From the NCBI RefSeq assembly GCF_008831285.2, contig NC_045138.2, positions 9,486,001 to 9,550,000 of the forward strand: a DNA stretch of 64,000 nucleotides. Direction: 5' to 3'. The notes under the pieces were generated by a model that did no database searches, had not been told where the DNA came from, and saw only the letters and a list, made by a program, of their open reading frames with translations. Shown in pieces: positions 11,755 to 24,960 of this stretch; within the stretch, counting starts at the first letter, position 1, and every line of letters begins with the position of its first letter. The position numbers and the translations under genes are program-made. The stretch is from Nymphaea colorata. Taxonomy: Eukaryota.

Positions 11755-14700
11755 AATAGGATAGAACTATCCGATAATTCAAGTCCCCAAGCCAAATAAT
11801 CCAGCTAAATCAAACACAAAGATAGCATTGGTTTAGTCAGCAGATTATAGAGAAAACTCAAGCTGGAATCTCAATTGTTTGAAGAAAATCAAAAAGTTAT
11901 GTCAGTTCATCTGTTCAAGAGCACCAAAATTGGAGACAAAAGTTATTACTCGCTCGGTTACTTACTCATGGTCAAGGATTGTCTCAAGAGAGTTGTTGTC
12001 ACCTAATCCATGGACAGGAGGGAATCGAGTATTCCTGAGTAGATATCTCCATGATATCCGAGTTCCTTCTTCGCACATTGCCCTCTTTCTGCCCCAATGT
12101 TAAGTGACTACAGACGAAGCAAAAGCTTGTTTTCTGCACCAACATGCTAATTGAAATGTAACCTTGAAACCTCCATAATAGTTCAAGAGAAAAGGTTTTT
12201 GGATTAAAAGCAACTCTATAGGCAAACAAAACTTTCAAAATTAACTAATTGGGAGTAGCAAAAGATCTTACCTTGTTTCCAAGGTAACCCATTAATCTTT
12301 TCCCACGCAGGAGACCTTCAGGTTCTTAACATCATCCCTTATATCACTCCTCACCCAAACTGTGAGAAATATGCCAACCATTTGCTTGCTAGCTACCAAA
12401 CAGTATCAAGAATGGCCTGTTGATCTATATCTGTCCTCCCCCATGGAAGGGGGCACACCATAAGGCAATGGTGAAAAAATACATGGCACTTGGAGAATTA
12501 CAACCAGCATTTTCATCGTCCGAAGAACCTGAACGAAATGTACCATCATAATCATTCGGCATGTTTCCAAACATAACTCTGTCACATACACTGAATTTGT
12601 GTTCAAGCCTCAGTTGACCCATGGAAATGTCATTACCCATCCTCAAACTTCGACTAAGGGACTGGAGAGACCGTCGATTAAAGAAAGACGAAGTCTTTTG
12701 CCTTGTTGAGCCTTCAAAATCAAAGTCTAATTCCGTAATGGGATCAGGTATAGGTGAAGGCATTTGGTAGCCACCAGTTCCACTCAAACTAGGAAGATTG
12801 TTTAGAGTTTTCTATATCAGTGATAACCATTTGATAGTAGGGCCACTGTCCTCTAAAGAAAAACAGAGATTCAAGAAAGGAATGCATGATTTAACGTGGT
12901 TCAGTGTAAACTCATACCTGCATCCACAAAGGCAACTATCATTATTAGTATTGATAGGCCTAGATCTTCCTTCTATTTATAATAGAATTACAAGCACCAT
13001 TATTTCCTGAATTACAAAATTTGTATCGATCTTTACAAGAGGAAACAATATCTAATTTACAGTTGTTTGCGTTACTGCCTTTGTAACGATCACAATCTTT
13101 ACTTCCTCCATCATGGTGGCTGGCTTGTGTTTCCTTCTTGATATTGCCATTGTAATGATTGCCATTGTTACTTCCTTCAATATTATGGTTGACTGACTTC
13201 CTCATATTGCCTTTGTAACGATTACCATCGTTACTTCCTTCCTTAGTGTGGCTGGCTGGTGTTTCCTTCTCTATTCCCTTGATATCGCCTTTACTGTCTT
13301 TAGCTTCCCTCAAACTAGGCAGCAATATGGAAAGCACTAGTTTACCTCTTAAAAATTTGAAGGTGGTCTGGGAGAGAGCTTTGGTAAAAATGTCGGCCAC
13401 ATGTTGGGTTGATGGGACAAATTGAGTTGTAAGAAGGCCGAGCACAACCTTTTCCCTTAGAGATAATCTAATTCAACATGCTTCATGTGATAATGAAAAA
13501 CCGGTTTGATAGACACTTAAAGTGTGGACAGGTTGTCGCAATAGAGAACTGGTGGCGCTGGGAGATAAAGTGATGTCTTTAAGGATATATGTAATCCAAG
13601 TTAATTCAGCAGCAGCGGATGCTATTGATCGGTACTCAGCCTCGGTGGTAGATCGGGCCACTGTGGGTTGCTTCTTTGTTGTCCATGAGATAGGATTAGT
13701 GCCAAGAAACGTAACAAAACCAGTAGTTGAACGATGTGTTGCTTGACAACCAGCCCAGTCGGAGTCAGAGAAGGCATGATGTTGGAGTTGCTCTTGAGGA
13801 TATAAATGACATCTGATATCAATGGAGCCACTAACGTATTGAATGAGTCTTTTAACTAGTTGGACGTGACTGACCATGGGCGTTTGCATGTATTGACTAA
13901 TGAAGTTGATAGCAAAAGAAATGTCAGGTCATGTGAAAATGAGGTATTGTAGTCCTCCGACTAAGCTCAAAAAAAGTGTTGGATCTCAAAAAGGTGTGTC
14001 ATCAATCGGATTTTTGTAATTTTGAATCAAGGGAGTAATGGCTGGTTTGCACAATGTCATTGTAGCTCTTTCTAGTAGGCTATAGACATATCACTTTTGA
14101 TTTAGAAAGAGCCCACTTGAAAATTTAATGACCTCTATTCCAAGAAAGTGATGAAGATAACCCATCCTTCATAGAGAACTCTTTGCTAATATCCCGAATG
14201 AATTCTTGAAGAAGCATATGATTGCTGCTAGTTAAGATTATATTATTGACATACAATAGTAGAAGTATGATACCATGTCTTTCTTTATAGATGAATAATG
14301 AGGGATCAGAGATGTTGGATGAGAAGCCTTTTGATAGAAGATAAGTGCCAAATCGATCGTACCATGCTCTTGGAGCTTGATGTAAGCCATAGAGATCTTT
14401 ATGTAACTGGCATACATAACTTGGTTTTGGTCATCAATAAATCCTGGTGGTTGTTCAATAAACATAGTTTGATCCAAATCACCAAGTAAAAAAGGCGTTT
14501 TTTACATCCATTTGTCGAATATCCCAATTGTGAGGGAGAGGCACAATTCTAATAGTTGTTGGTTTTATAACAAGGGAGAAAGTTTCTAGAAAATCAACGC
14601 AAGGCAGTTGGTTGAACGCACGAGCCACAAGTCTAGCTTTGAGTCGCTCAACCGTTCCATCGCTCTTGGGTGTTGTTTTAAAGACGCAACGAGTTGAAAC

Positions 14701-17700
14701 AACATTCATACTTGGTCGGCATGGAACCAACATCCAAGTGTGGCATTGTTCCAAAGAACATCACTCTTCATTCATGGCAGCAACCCAACTTGGATCCTTA
14801 AAAGCATGCTTAACAGTTTTAGGTTCAAATGGTATCGTTAATGCCAAAAAATACTTAGGATTTGGTTTTAAGATACCAGCCTTAGCCCGAGTTACCATGG
14901 AGTGAATATTTGAGCTTTCTTGGATTGACCGTCTTTCTTCAGGCTGTTGACTTGTACCTCATTGTCTGGTGAAAGCATATCATTTTCATCTCTACCATGT
15001 GTCTCTTGTGCTGAAATATTGTAATCTTTACCATTTGTCTCTTGTGCTGAAACATTGTCTAATGAGTCATCGTGCAAGAGATGATGATGATTGATCACTT
15101 GGTATGAATCATCTTTGTTATCATCTTGAGAAAGATCTGGACAATGATCTAATGTCATCCAATCACTGTATGTCGCTCTGGTTTTGCAGGTTGATGTAGA
15201 AGAAAATAGTGCTCCATGCTATTTATAAGGGAAGATACTTTCATCAAAGACAACATGTCGGGATATATATACTTTTCTTGTATGTGGGTATACACACTTG
15301 TATCCCTTATGTGTATTACTATATCCCAAAAATACGCATGGTAAAGATCTCGGCTCAAGTTTGTTGAGAGTGTAATCTTTTAGATATGGAAAACATCTAG
15401 TCCCAAATGTTCGTAAACAAGAGTAAGATGGACTTTTCCAAAAACCAATTCAAAAGGAGATTTCATCTTCAACGTTGGAGTGGCCATTCTATTAATAAGC
15501 CAAACTGCAGTGGAAAAGGTTTCAACCGAGTGCCGAGCTGGTATATTTGCATTGAACTATCATTGCCAACCCAAGTTCGACAATGGTTCTCGTCCTGCCA
15601 TTCCATTTTGGGGTGACTTCTTAGGATAAACTTTGTGATGATGTATACCATTTTCTTGCATATATGTTGTAAGTTTAAGACTATTGAATTCACGTCCTTC
15701 AACTGTTTGAATCTTCTTAATTTTCTTATCAAACTGATTTTCAACATATTTATGAAAAATCGTAAACACTTGATATAACTCTGATTTATAGTGCAAGGGA
15801 TAGAACCAAGTGAATCGGGTGGCTTCATCAATAAAGACAACATAAAATCGGAATTTAGCAACAGAAATAATTGGGGTTGGTCCCCATAGATGACAGTGCA
15901 CTTTGTCAAGAAAATTGTCACAATGTTCATCCACTAGTAAAAAAAGAAGGCAGCACATTTTTGTTATTGCAAGAATGTTTACTACCTCACGATGAACATG
16001 GCCCAGATGTTGGTGCCATATTTCTTTATTCGCTGCTTGAAATCTTGTAGAGAAATATACTTCATGAATCCGGTCGCTGCCTTCTCCCTTATTTTCGACT
16101 GCATAGAGATTTTTATGCCTCTTCCCCGTAATTACCACTTTGTTGGTCATCGTTTCCTTCACAGCAAATTCATTAGTTGAAAGTTCAAAAATATAAGGAA
16201 GGTCAGACGTTAAATGTCTGGCGGAGATAAGGTTTTTCTTGATCTTGGGAACGACTAAAACATTATCAAGAACAAGTTTTTGTCGCCCATTTGCTATAGT
16301 AGACTGCTCTATATGAGCAATATCTAATTTTTCTCCATTTCCAACCATTATTTTATATGCCCCATAATATTTCGATAGAAAATAGAGATTACCTACGTTA
16401 GACGTCACATGAGCCGACACACCGGTGTCAGGAAACCATTGTTGGTATTGACTATCAGGTGCTTTCATAGTGGCTAAAGCTTGTGGGACCTTTTGTGACT
16501 GAAACACTTGATTGAACCTATGCCAGCAGTTGAGAGCAGTATGGTTCCTTTTGCTGCATATTTGACATATTACACCTTTTTCCTGAGCTGATTGGTTCTG
16601 ATTGCAGTCTTTATTTTTGTTGTCTGAATTCCATGAACCACTTTGACTAGCTTGCAAAAAAACACGTCCTTTAGAGTTGAAGTTTTGATTTTTGCCTCCC
16701 ATGTACCTTCGATTTGGTTGACGATGACTGATAAATGCAATGTGGGTGCTGCGGGGTCTACTTCTAACGTCCTCATGGTTTCATGATTTTGAAGAAGAGC
16801 AACTACCTCAAGATATGAGGGTGCTGGTGGTTTCAACATGGTTGTTAGTATGGTTGTTCGGAAAGATTCATAATCTTTTTTGGAGGCCAGTGAGAAGCCA
16901 AAAGACTTTAGTTTTGTCTGCAATAGGCTTTCCAATGGCAGCGAGCTCATCGAAAATTTTCTTGAAGCTGCGAATATATTCATCAATGGACGAGTTCCCT
17001 TTCTTATGCATTTGAAGTTTTTGCCTAAGAAACATTTCTCATTCCTTTGATTTGTTAGCAAAATGCTGAGTTAGGATGGTCCATACCTTCATGGCAGCTT
17101 GTTGCCCAATGATAATGCCCAAGATTTCCTCAGCAAGAGTCCTAGTGATCCATCCTCTAAGGAGTCGATCTGACTTTCACCAGGCGAGATAGTCAGGATT
17201 CAGTTATGTGACTGTACTTCCAGAAAAGGCGGTGAGGAACTGTGCAGGCGACTGATATTCTCCATCTAGAAAACCAATCATATTCTGGCTCTCAATGAGC
17301 CCCATCATCTGCGTTTGCCATAGCAGAAACTTACTTTGATTGAGCTTGATTGACACGAAGTTGGCAACATTTAGGTTGTATGGGTAAGGATATTTGCTTG
17401 AAACAGACACTACGCTTGAAGAAGAATTGCTCTACGCCATATGGTTGTCATGCTCTAATACCATAAAGAAAAACAGAGATTCAAGAAAGGAATGCTTGAT
17501 TTAACATGGTTCGGCATAAACTCACACCTACGTCCACAAAGGCAGCTATCATTATTAGTATCGACAGGCCTGGATCTTCCTTCTATTTATAATAGAATTA
17601 CAAACACCATTATTTTCTGAATTACAGAATTTGTGTCAATCTTTACAAGAGGAAACAATATCTAATTTACAGTTGTTATTTCCCTGTTTAGTTGTTGCGC

Positions 17701-17990
17701 CTCTCTGTTTGAGAACTGCATTAGTAATCGTTACTTCCTCCATCATTGTGGCTGGCTGGTGTTTCCTTCTTCATATTGCCATTGTAACGGTTGCCATCGT
17801 TACTTCCTTCAATATCATGGTTGATTGATGTTTCCTTCCTTATATTTCCTTTGTACCGATACCATTGTTGCTTCCTTCCTTAGCGTGGCTGACTGGTGTT
17901 TCCTTCTCGATTCCCTTGATATCGCCTTTATTGTCTATATCCTCTACACCCAAGACATTCCCCTCATTCAAAGGAACTATTTCTTGAAAA
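11755..17990 (-). pseudogene. Inositol polyphosphate 5-phosphatase (CVP2/IP5P-type) internal fragment, split by a Copia insertion; exon remnants 17990-17945 + 12853-12272, ~12163-11966, 11804-~11755
   Basis: Motifs [99 protein letters not shown]. Several stops (LI*KTLNNLP, GHS*YC) and frameshifts; introns retained; 5' and 3' exons not found. Confidence 0.9.
12854..17939 (-). mobile_element. Full-length degenerate Ty1/Copia (Ale/RE1-like); 5' LTR 17464-17939, 3' LTR 12854-13302
   Basis: TSD TCCTC at 12849-12853 and 17940-17944; PBS TGGTATTAGAGC (17452-17463); PPT at 13303-13314. Gag NVANFVSIKLN, zinc knuckle CQICSKRNHTALNC, protease WFPDTG, integrase VHCHLWGP, RT QMDVKNAF, RNase H SDSDWAGC..STTEAEY; many stops and frameshifts. 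Confidence 0.93.
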
Positions 17991-18634
17991 CTGCAAGTGA
18001 AAACCCAACAATGAGAATGAGAGAAAGAGAAAGGGTTAGGGCAGCTCGAGACAGAGACAGTGGTGGAGGAGAGAAAGAGAAAGGACGAGGGCAGCCCAAG
18101 GTCGAGGAAGAGGCTGCGGGGGGAGAACGAGATGTCCCTCAAGGATCTGTTCCGTAGTAAATCACCGAAAGCATTGGAACATCTCGGCCTTTTTATACCT
18201 GTTGTTTTTGTTCTGCATATTCTGACTGTTTTTTTCCGACGTTTGCATCGACTTTCCTAAATAGAACACGTTCTGTTCCGTGGTGTTTCAATGAATTCAA
18301 ACCTTCCCCTCAAGAAACTAAGCCTACTTGTAATGGCTGAATATTCATAATTAAAGTAAATTGTTGTTTTCATGTCTTTGCAATGCATGATGGATGTGGT
18401 CTAAGAACATGTTTTGTCAATTTGACTTTGCATGTTGTGCTTTATGAATGCGACCTACAACATGGAGATTCAAATGGCATGTATTTAAGCTTCAATCAAA
18501 TCCCAACTCAAATGAAACTGCCGTTGATTTACTTAAAAAGAAACAATTTTTTTATATGAAGGCAACTAAAATGTGTTATATGATAGTAAATCATTAACTT
18601 AATCCTCAAATGGTGAATTTTAAAATGTAAATAA

Positions 18635-18804
18635 TTGTTGACATATAAAATTTTCATTTTGTAAGTAGACTGTATAAATGAGATAATTCACCTATACTCG
18701 CCCCGACTTTTCAAATGTGGGAATCCAAGAGATGGAGGTGAGTATAGGTGAATTATCTCATTTATATGGTTTACGTGTAAAATGAAAATTTTACATGTCA
18801 ACAA
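18635..18804. mobile_element. Fold-back MITE-like element with ~65-bp inverted arms
   Basis: TTGTTGACATATAAAATTTTCATTTT...ATAAATGAGATAATTCACCTATACTC pairs with GAGTATAGGTGAATTATCTCATTTAT...AAAATGAAAATTTTACATGTCAACAA; a diverged half-copy lies at ~27585-27681. Confidence 0.7.
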
Positions 18805-19289
18805 ATGGTGGTCTCAATGGGACATGTCTTTGTATGACTAGACCAAGTGTTCCAATTTTTTAAATGTTGTCCTACCCTTATGGCTACATATGTATCCTCA
18901 TGATTCAAGTATGTATGTTATTTGTGATGTGCATCATGACTGAGAATTGAGAGGATTCTTCCATGACCACATAAATATAGGGTTACATACTACCTCTCTC
19001 AATTTAAAAATTGTTTAATACAATGTTTATCCCTCTCCTCGATTTTGAAGTCTATCTTAGGCCATGTTACATTAATGCCAACTAAATTTGCACATTTTTC
19101 AAGTTTTCCCATTACCTATGTGTCACAATCATCACATCCGGGAATACTGTCTGTATGCATTAACTTAGGGTGGTTCAATGATTATAAAGACAATAGTTAA
19201 CGCTGTTATGTTGACCAACGCAATATGCAGCTGGAGTAGGTCTCTCGTTCCTTTTATTGAAAAAAAAAAATCAAAGAATTAACACAGAC

Positions 19290-19413
19290 CAGGGGCGGAG
19301 ATACACGAGGGCTGGTGTGGGCGTATAATGACTTTAAAATTACATGGAGAAACCCACATAAAACCTATTTGGTGACTGGGTGCCCCCTCAATCGAAATAT
19401 TTTAGCTTTCCGC
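19290..19413. mobile_element. Degenerate PIF/Harbinger-like MITE
   Basis: CAGGGGCGGAG start and TGCCCCC...TTCCGCT end, the usual GGGGCGGA/TCCGCCCC pattern decayed. Confidence 0.35.
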
Positions 19414-19802
19414 TAACATAGACATATTTGAAACTCAAAAAACTAACCAAACATGAGAATAATTTAAGAAAAACATATCGCTATAGACAAACGTCAAAAA
19501 TTTTATATGGATTAGATTAGATGGAGACATCTGGAGCGACACTTTATCATGGAGACATGACAATATATTAGATGAACTCAAATACAAAGGGAGGCCATTG
19601 ACATGAGAAATAAGTTTCTTCAACCATTTCGAATGAACATGTAATTGTTAAGCAAGGGGTTTATCCTAACTGGTCAGTACACAAAAGGTCAGCTTCTATT
19701 TCTGTGGCGTTCATTTCTAACGTTAAACCACAATGGCAGAGGGAAGAGGACGTTTTGGATTTGTTACCGAAGTTTAAATGTTTTTTTTAAAATATATATA
19801 AA

Positions 19803-20069
19803 GGGGTAGTTGGATGAAATTTTAAAACTCGGTTTTCAGAATATTAGGTGCCATCCAAACCAGGTTTAAGAAAAACCCAATTTTGACAAAGCCAGATTTT
19901 GCAAAAGGGAGTTAAAAACTTGACCCCATTATTTATAAAGACTGAGTTTTGGATGCGTCACAAGAAAATTAAAAACCATGTTTCAAAAACTTAATAAAAG
20001 CTTAGTTTTCATAAAACAACTTTTTTATAAAACTGGTTCGATGAGGGGTGCCATCCATCCAAACGCCTC
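19803..20069. mobile_element. Tourist-like MITE
   Basis: Imperfect TIRs GGGGTAGTTGGATG...CATCCAAACGCCTC flanked by TAA/TTA-like trinucleotides; AAAAC-rich interior. Confidence 0.55.
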
Positions 20070-20964
20070 TTAAATCTTTGTTAGCAATTACATATTATAA
20101 ACAATAATATAAACTAAAATTGTAATAAAACTTTTGTATTTGGTGCTAAGGTGGCAGCCAATAGCAGTTGCATCAAGATGAAATTGGTCGAGTCGGCTCG
20201 TACCAATTTCTTATATAAAAAACTTAGGGACGACTATTATTTTCACAGTACCACTAACAAAGGCATGGAAGAACCTTTCATTAAAAAAAAAAAACTATAA
20301 ATTAAATTCATTGGCATATTTTACTTTAATTCTAAAAAAAAAAACAGAAGAAAAATGAGTTTCCCTTATATATCGTGTCCATGTGTGGAAGAGAACCCCA
20401 TGGCTTAGGTGAGAGACCCACGCACTTTTTTTCCCTTACCTTGAAGGTCTAGATCTATGTAGGTTAACATGTAAGGACTTTTTCAACTTAAAGTAGCATT
20501 CCTGCCAAGCCTGCTGGGTATGCTAAATCAGTTGTCTAGTTGGTCCACCCCAAACCCAAAACATTTTTGATTGATCAACGGAATAAAAAAAAGGGGGGGG
20601 GGATTTTTATTCAAGGGCTTGCTTTTGAATACACAAATAAATGAAAGAACTTTTTTTCTAACACGCTCGAGAACCGTCCAAAAAGAAGGCGTTATATTTA
20701 CGCTTTCCTTATCAAAAAGCGTCCTTGATATTTGCAAAAAAGATGTGTCGCCTTTTTTTCACGAACCAATTATTACAGAAAAAACCAACGGAAAAGGCAG
20801 CCTCTTAGTTGACGGCTATTAGCAAAATTGAGGCTCGTCGGCCGTCGCTAGATGCCCTCGCAAGAAGCGAAGTCTATTAATGGAACCATACAAAACGCTG
20901 TGCCGTAGAAAGAGATTCTATAAAATTTTACAAGGAAAATAAGGGTTTGTTTTCCATGGACGGC

Positions 20965-20971
20965 TATAAAT
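20965..20971 (+). promoter_or_regulatory. Putative TATA box of the Clot gene
   Basis: CTATAAAT about 100 bp upstream of the ATG, followed by a CT-rich 5' UTR. Confidence 0.55.
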
Positions 20972-21071
20972 CCCTCCGATTTGGTTCCTCTCGTTCGCTT
21001 CCTCCGCTCATCGCCATCCTTCTTCTCCTTCTCTCCCTCTCTGTCTCTCTCTTCCTGTTCTGTGCTCAGCA

Positions 21072-21569
21072 ATGGCTTCCTTAAGGATGGTGGACTCGAG
21101 GGTGGGGGATCTGGATGGCGTCCTGAAGGAGCTTCGGTCACAGAAGTCCGACCGGAAGTTCCTCCTCTTCCTCGCTGACATCGATCCCTCCACCTCCCGC
21201 AGCTGGTGTCCCGGTAACGCCCCGTTTCTCTCTTGTTCTCTCCCTCTCTCTTATTCTACTTCTGAGCTTCTTTCTCATTTGGATTATTTGGTTTTGACGG
21301 GATGCGGTTGATTTATAGATTGCGTGAGGGCCGAACCCGTCATCTACCAGAAACTGGAGGCCTTCTCCGGCGACGTCACCCTCGTCAGGGCCTACGTCGG
21401 GGACAGGCCGACGTGGCGCAATCCAAGACATCCCTGGAGGACCGATGATCGGTTCAAGCTGAGAGGGGTTCCTACCCTCATGCGTTTGGACGAAGATGGT
21501 GCCATCGCCGGCCGCCTCGAGGACCATGAGGCTCATCTGGAACGCCAGATCGACGAACTCATCCGTTGA
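21072..21569 (+). CDS. CLOT: Thioredoxin-like protein Clot (TRP14/TXNDC17 family), 130 aa; exons 21072-21213 and 21319-21569
   Basis: GT-AG intron splits the active site: FLLFLADIDPSTSRSWCP-D-CVRAEPVIY gives WCPDC. Also RAYVGDRPTWRNPRHPWR, FKLRGVPTL, GRLEDHEAH. ORF intact. Confidence 0.95.
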
Positions 21570-22619
21570 CCGCTCAGCAGCGTCCTCCCTTTCTCCCTTC
21601 GTGTGAGGGGCGACCGGACCTGTAAACGTTCTTACAATACTTTCTGCCATGTCTCTCTTTTTCTCTTGCCTCGCTCTTTCTACGCTATTTCCGACTCTGT
21701 TTCCTTCTTCCTTTCCGTTTACCAACTCATCTGTGGAATCGAGGCATCTGTGGAATCGGGGCTTCCTATCATGTTCTTGAAGCCGTAGACAAATTTAAGA
21801 TATAATGATTACAGATAGATGCTTTCTTGAAATTTTTCTTTTCTTATCTAGCAAACTAAATGTATAGTATAATTAAGCATGAACTATGAATCTAAATAGA
21901 AGAAAATATCTTGCCTTCCGTTAGCTGCTGTTCACCTATTGAGTAAAGAACATATATGCATCTATTGGAACAGTTGCAAAAAATTCAAGAAACCAAGTAT
22001 GCCATATTACGGAAAGAGGTCGTTGGAAAATGATGCAAGCGTGGGATGAGCGGTCCTAGGGACAGGAAATCATAAATCCTCAAAAAGGAAATAGAAGTTA
22101 TAACAGTAGGCTAAGATCATGAGAAAATTATTTCATGCCAAGCTGTGGCTAACAGTTACTTCATATTTATGTGTTAAGAGTGAATCCAATTCATAGCTTA
22201 TGTGTTTCTAGAGGCGGATTTTTTTGGACATGTGTAATTTTTATCATGATTTCTTATTATCAGTAAGAAAACAGGGAAAGTTTTGTGTTATTTGTTCTAT
22301 AAAAAAAAGAAGAAAATTTTTTTTGATTCGTTCGTGGACTTGGGAGAGTTTTTTTTTTTTTTTTATTAACCAGTTTTGCTTGTGAATCCTGGGTATAGAT
22401 TTAAGTTGTTTTGTTATCTTGATCTACCCTTTTAAATATGAGAAATTAGAAGTTGATTTGTTCAAGCATTTGAAGGGTAGATCAAGATAACAAAACACGA
22501 ATCTGTTCACAAACCTTTAACTCAAATCAACTTCTAATTTCTCATATTTGAAGGGTGGACTGAGCATGTTTTGTTTCCACTATGCCTAACAGTGGCTTCC
22601 AACATAAACCAAGCGGCGA

Positions 22620-23620
22620 TCAGTCTGAGTGTGTTAGGTGTTTTAATGCAGTGCTATTGCCGCAATATGATCTAAAGGAAAATACCCGTATGTTCCTCCT
22701 GATCTGAAGATCTTAAAAAGGTACTTTTTCTTTGTTCCATGATAAAAGACTTTCTCCCAAGTAAATACAGTAGTTGGTAGTGGATCCATGAGTACCCCCG
22801 CGTGCTCCCCAGTGTAAACCCTAATAGGTAGGCACGCTCAACATAGAAGCAGACATAACTGGGGTGCGTTGGCAAGTGCTATTCTTGAAGATGGTGGATG
22901 ACATGAACTCCTGCTTCCGTTAGTGGTTGTCTATGTGACTGCATAATCCTACTCGAATTTTGTTCTAAGAATACTATGTGGGCAGGTAATGCAGAGATCA
23001 GATAAATGAGACGATCCACGTAAAAATTTGCCGGCTTAGCTCCTAAGATGCCAAATTCATGTAAGATCTCAAGAGTGCATTTCCATTGGGCAGACAAACC
23101 CCAAGTCTGGACCATGCTACCTCAATACTTAAAATAAAGAGAGATGTTCCATGTGAAGCTGCTAGGTCATATACCCTTTGCATTGTAAGGTGTAAAAGTC
23201 ATTGTTGCCTGCTACAATTAAGTCATCAACCTATAGGAAAGTGATAACTTAAATGACTCCTGAGGTATAGATAAATAACAGATACATCTGCACGTAGGTG
23301 ACGAAATTAGTAGTTTGTATGAGCAACAGAGAATTTTTGCAACCTACCTACTGTATGGGATTTGTTCAATATACTTGAGGTATCGTCTCAATTGACCTCC
23401 TATATTTTCAGTTATGGTGGTATCTGCCTGGACATCTTAGTAAAGATGATGCCAGAGGGTAGAATGGGCATCCATTTATTGAGAGTCCAATTCTTGATGG
23501 ATGCGACAGTCAATAGTCAATCAGTTAGAGATCATTTTTACAATTAGTGCAAAAGTTTCACTACAACTGAGGCATGCTTTCTGAAAGTAACTCTTACCAA
23601 CTAAATGGACCTTATATCTC
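22620..23620 (-). mobile_element. Ancient Copia RT/RNase H remnant
   Basis: Decayed peptides LEILHEFGILGAKPANF, YVDRLIYL, KNWTLNKWM in Copia RT order; boundaries approximate. Confidence 0.6.
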
Positions 23621-24658
23621 TCAGTAAAGCTACTTAATTTACATTCTATTGTACGTTAATATGCAACCCAATGAGCTTGACATTCTTTACTATGGACTTT
23701 CAATTATTACTTACCTCCAAAGCATGTCTTTTTTACCTTGACTTCTGACCAACAAGGTTCTTTAATGGTTTCGTGGTCGGCTTCAGCTTTGAAAGTATGT
23801 AAAATATAAAATAGAAAACATTACGAACTAACGACTAACAAATAGGCGATTAAGAGACTAGCCCTTAATGTTTGAACTTCAATGAAGAAGCCCCCAATAT
23901 TTTGAGGTTACTCTCAGACAACTCCTTTCTATTAAAAATATTAAAACAATAAAACAAAGTACACGCTTACTTCTATTTAAAAAGATATTATAAAAATCAA
24001 CAAATATTAAAAATAGAAAAATTATCATTGACTATCAACAAGTGCAATAATTTCTTTCGTCATTTGATAGGTGTGTCCCAAGGCAACATCGTGAGGGTTT
24101 CTGCCCTTCTCCCGGGCTAGCAATATTCGAGAACAAAATCGTGGAATCATGCATTGACGGCATCTAAAAGGTAAAGCCCTTAAGGAAGGTCCACTTGCAC
24201 AAGGCAATGAGAAGGCTTTTGATTTGAGATCGAGTTGTGTGCATCCTCCTGTGCAAGAAATTTTGTGCTTGCATGGGGCCACAAATTATGTTTCAGTAGT
24301 GTCCACATTCAAAAGAAATAATGTATTGTATTGACCTAAATGTCTTTAGTGCATGAACTCAATATACATATATATATATCTTCTTGACCTAAATACCCTT
24401 TTAGTGCACGGTTGCATAGAACATGCATTTTTTTTTATCTTACCTTTGGGCTTGTTATGAAAAACTTGGGTTAAAGAAATCTTGATCATCAAACACAAAT
24501 AGTGGGAAGGTTGGAAGAAAGAAAGAACAGCTTCATAGCTCACGGTTGAGAAATAAAACGAGAAGCGCAAAGTAGAAGTGAGTATATATCCTTCCTGGAT
24601 CGTAGTTGATCATTCTACTTGGCAATCAACATTTTTACAATGTCAATGTGTTCTACAG

Positions 24659-24960
24659 GTAGGCCTGCACACGAACTGAGTCGAGCCCAAGCTTGGCCAG
24701 CTCGAGCTCGACTCGGCTAAAATTACTACAGCTCGAACTCGACTCGAGCTCAAGTCGATCTTCTTATAGCAAGCTTGAGCTCGACTCGACTACACAAAGT
24801 CGAGCTCGAGCTCAACTCAATTAACCCAAATAACTAGTTAACTTGTTTAGCATTTACTCGTTTAACTTTAACTCGTTTAGCTCGTTTAGGCCGCGCTCAC
24901 TAGTTTAACTCGTTTAGCGCTGACTCATTTAGCTCGTTTAAATCCTTCAGCTCGTTTACA
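24659..24960. mobile_element. Non-autonomous DNA transposon fragment with GAGCTCGA and ACTCGTTTA subterminal repeats
   Basis: GTAGGCCTGCACACGAAC start, multiple CTCGAGCTCGACTC and AGCTCGTTTA copies. Confidence 0.55.

Noticed and set aside
19160..19760. Two SINE-like stretches (A-box-like starts, one with poly-A)
   Set aside because: No convincing B box or TSD.
21138..21725. 195-aa minus-strand ORF
   Set aside because: Antisense shadow of the GC-rich Clot gene.
23800..24300. Helitron 3' end (hairpin + CTRR) for the mosaic
   Set aside because: CTAG sites exist, but I saw no convincing GC-rich hairpin at the right spacing.
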